DNA from: Babesia bigemina | Lineage: Eukaryota | Length of the DNA stretch: 64,000 nt | Reading direction: 5' to 3' | Assembly (NCBI RefSeq): GCF_000981445.1 | Contig: NC_027220.1 | Span: 248,001 to 312,000 of the forward strand | In this document: piece after piece, positions 60,776 through 64,000 of the stretch | How the letters are laid out: each line of letters begins with the position of its first letter | Numbering within the stretch: the stretch's first letter is position 1 | Made by a program: the position numbers and the translations under genes | Notes under the pieces: generated by a model | What the model was told of the DNA's origin: nothing | Database searches by the model: none | The model's input: the letters and a program-made list of their open reading frames with translations, nothing else

Positions 60776-62974
60776 ATGGGCCACGGTAGAAGGCCCTTGA
60801 CGCTGTTATTTTTGCATTCTGTGCGTCTTTTGCTGCTTAGGGGATTCTGCACGGCGGGCGCAGTCCACCATCCTTCCAGGTATTACGGCACTGGGTTTCT
60901 CCACCGCAATTTATCCCACATACCGAACCTCCATTCGCTCAACATGGACAAACGTCAAGACAACATTGAGGCGGCGCCAGTACCGCCCGCAAACCCCAAG
61001 GAAGACGCCAAGCAAGCTCGTCTGAGGGCGCGCGGTAGGTCCTTCACAGACATGTATAGCGGTTTAACGTCCGTGTACCGGCGATTCCCGCGCACTTATA
61101 GCTACCGTCGTAACGTATATAGCTGTTTGTCGTGATGTGTGCTATTCGCTATTGCGCGATCTCATGCTTTTCCAGAGGAACAAGAACGACAGAAGTTGTT
61201 GCTCCTCGAGACTACGGTCTCTGACCTGGATTCGACCTCGTTTGGGTACCTATCTCCCACATTAACTAGCTTGCCTGCGCGCAACTGGGTTGACATCAAG
61301 GACGTGGACGATGCGAAGGACCAACTCGTATGGATACGCGGCCGCATCAACGATGTCCGCGGAAAGGGTACGTCGCGCTTCGCATGACCGTTAACCAAGT
61401 GTCGCGCAGGTGCTATGTGCTTCATTATCTTGCGCCAGCAGTACCAGTCGCTTCAGTGCATCGTGGACTCACGCCAGGAAATGGTGTCGAAGGACATGGT
61501 GAAGTGGTCCGCATCGCTTTCCATGGAGTCCATCGTGGACGTGTTTGGCAAGGTGGTCGTTCCTGATGTACCAGTCGCCTCAACTACGGCCAAATGTAAG
61601 TGAACTGACGATTACCATGCCATCAAGGTGTGGGAGTGGGTACACCGGCGTCCAGTGAATCCAAAACTGATAATATAATTGCACAGGCGAACTCCAAGTG
61701 CACAAGATCTTTTGCGTCAGCAAGGCCACTCCAACGATGCCGTTCTTGATCCGTGATGCGAACAACACCGACGATGAGGAGGCATGCAAGAACCCAAACG
61801 TACGTGATGTCGTTTCCCAGTTCAATGCGCGCAGGTCATCAAGGTCAACCAGGACACCAGGTTGGACAATCGCCCGCTAGATCTCAGGGTGAGTAGCCGT
61901 AAAGAAGTGCGTAAACCACATTGCACCTTACAGGCTACGCTCAACCTTGCCATTTTCAAAATACAGTCGGAGATCTGTCAGCAATTCCGCAATTTCCTGA
62001 TCGAGCGCCAGTTCATCGAGATACATAGCCCCAAACTGCTGGGAGGTACCAGTGAAGGCGGGTGCAACGTGTTTAAGCTGAAATACTTCGACAACGACGC
62101 TTGTCTCGCTCAATCCCCGCAACTCTACAAGCAACTGGCGGTTGTGGGCGACTTCCGTCGGGTGTTTGAAATAGGTATAGTTGGCGGCTAATATTGCATG
62201 TAAACATAACTTCGCAGGCCCGGTTTTCAGAGCGGAGAACAGCAACACCCATCGCCACCTTTGCGAGTTCGTAGGTCTGGACATGGAGATGGAGTTCAAG
62301 GATTCGTACATGGAGGTGGTGGACATGATCGACGACATGCTGAAGAGCATTTTCGAGGGCGTTACCAAGCAGCGTAAAGAGGAAATGGAGATATTCGGGA
62401 AGATGCACCCGTCAGTGGAGCCATTGAAGTGGCTGGAACAAACGCCTCGTCTTCGCTTCACCGAGGTTGGCCGAATCTGGTTTGACATGACATCTTTCAG
62501 GCCGTGGAAATGTTGCGGGGGACCGAGTTGGCGTCCGAGATACCCGACGACATATCCTCGTACGACTTCTCCACCGAGCAAGAAAAGCGCCTCGGACGCC
62601 TGGTGCGGGAGAAGTACAACACTGACTACTACATCATCTACGAGTACCCGCTCAACGCGAGGCCGTTCTACACGATGCCGCTGGAGCGGGATGGCATGAT
62701 GTTCACGCACAGCTACGACTTCTTCATGCGCGGGGAGGAGATACTGTCCGGCGCCCAGCGCATACACAACCCGGAACTGCTGCTGCGCCGGGCGAAGGAG
62801 TGCGGCATCGACCCCAAGACCATATCAAGCTACATAGAGGCATTTAAGATGGGTGTTTCCCCGCACGCGGGCTGCGGTATCGGGTTGGAGCGCGTGGCCA
62901 TGCTTCTGCTTGGCACCGGCAACATCCGCAAAACTTCGTTGTTCCCCAGGGACCCCAGGCGCCTCACGCCGTGA
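60776..62974 (+). CDS. DARS: Aspartyl-tRNA synthetase, eukaryotic cytosolic type (alternative starts 60776 and 60944)
   Basis: [93 protein letters not shown]; multi-exon. Confidence 0.95.
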
Positions 62975-62988
62975 TGTCGCACGTAGTA

Positions 62989-64000
<1,012 letters not shown>

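Overview
Gene-dense eukaryotic DNA from a piroplasmid apicomplexan, most likely Babesia sensu stricto (B. bigemina/ovata-like). This assignment is inferred from the many 34-38 nt GT-AG introns, a short ves-like gene, a multi-domain 6-Cys-type protein, an ApiAT-type transporter, a plastid-type phosphate translocator and NDH2. About 30 protein-coding genes can be reconstructed by splicing the ORF track by hand. The housekeeping set includes DDX3/Ded1, a P4-ATPase, clathrin heavy chain, TFIIH p44, an acyltransferase, a PUB-UBX protein, DNA ligase I, an MRS2/CorA channel, ELF1, GINS Psf3, UBC9, NDH2, RPL34, AspRS and CDC48. Two visibly AT-richer accessory blocks interrupt it: about 35-43 kb (ves-like and 6-Cys-like genes) and about 48.5-57.8 kb (three tandem, mosaic spinster-like MFS transporters). 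The most notable observations are a SET-MYND-TPR-ankyrin protein with a degenerate catalytic site, a hidden two-exon V-ATPase-subunit-e-like gene, a zinc-finger-less XPA head-to-head with a minimal prenol/phytol-kinase-like gene, an AspRS with a possible dual-targeting leader, a CDC48 lacking the HbYX tail, a Med22-like gene, and a probable overlap of two convergent coding sequences. No rRNA, tRNA, CRISPR or transposon signatures were recognised. All family calls rest on motif recognition, not database searches.
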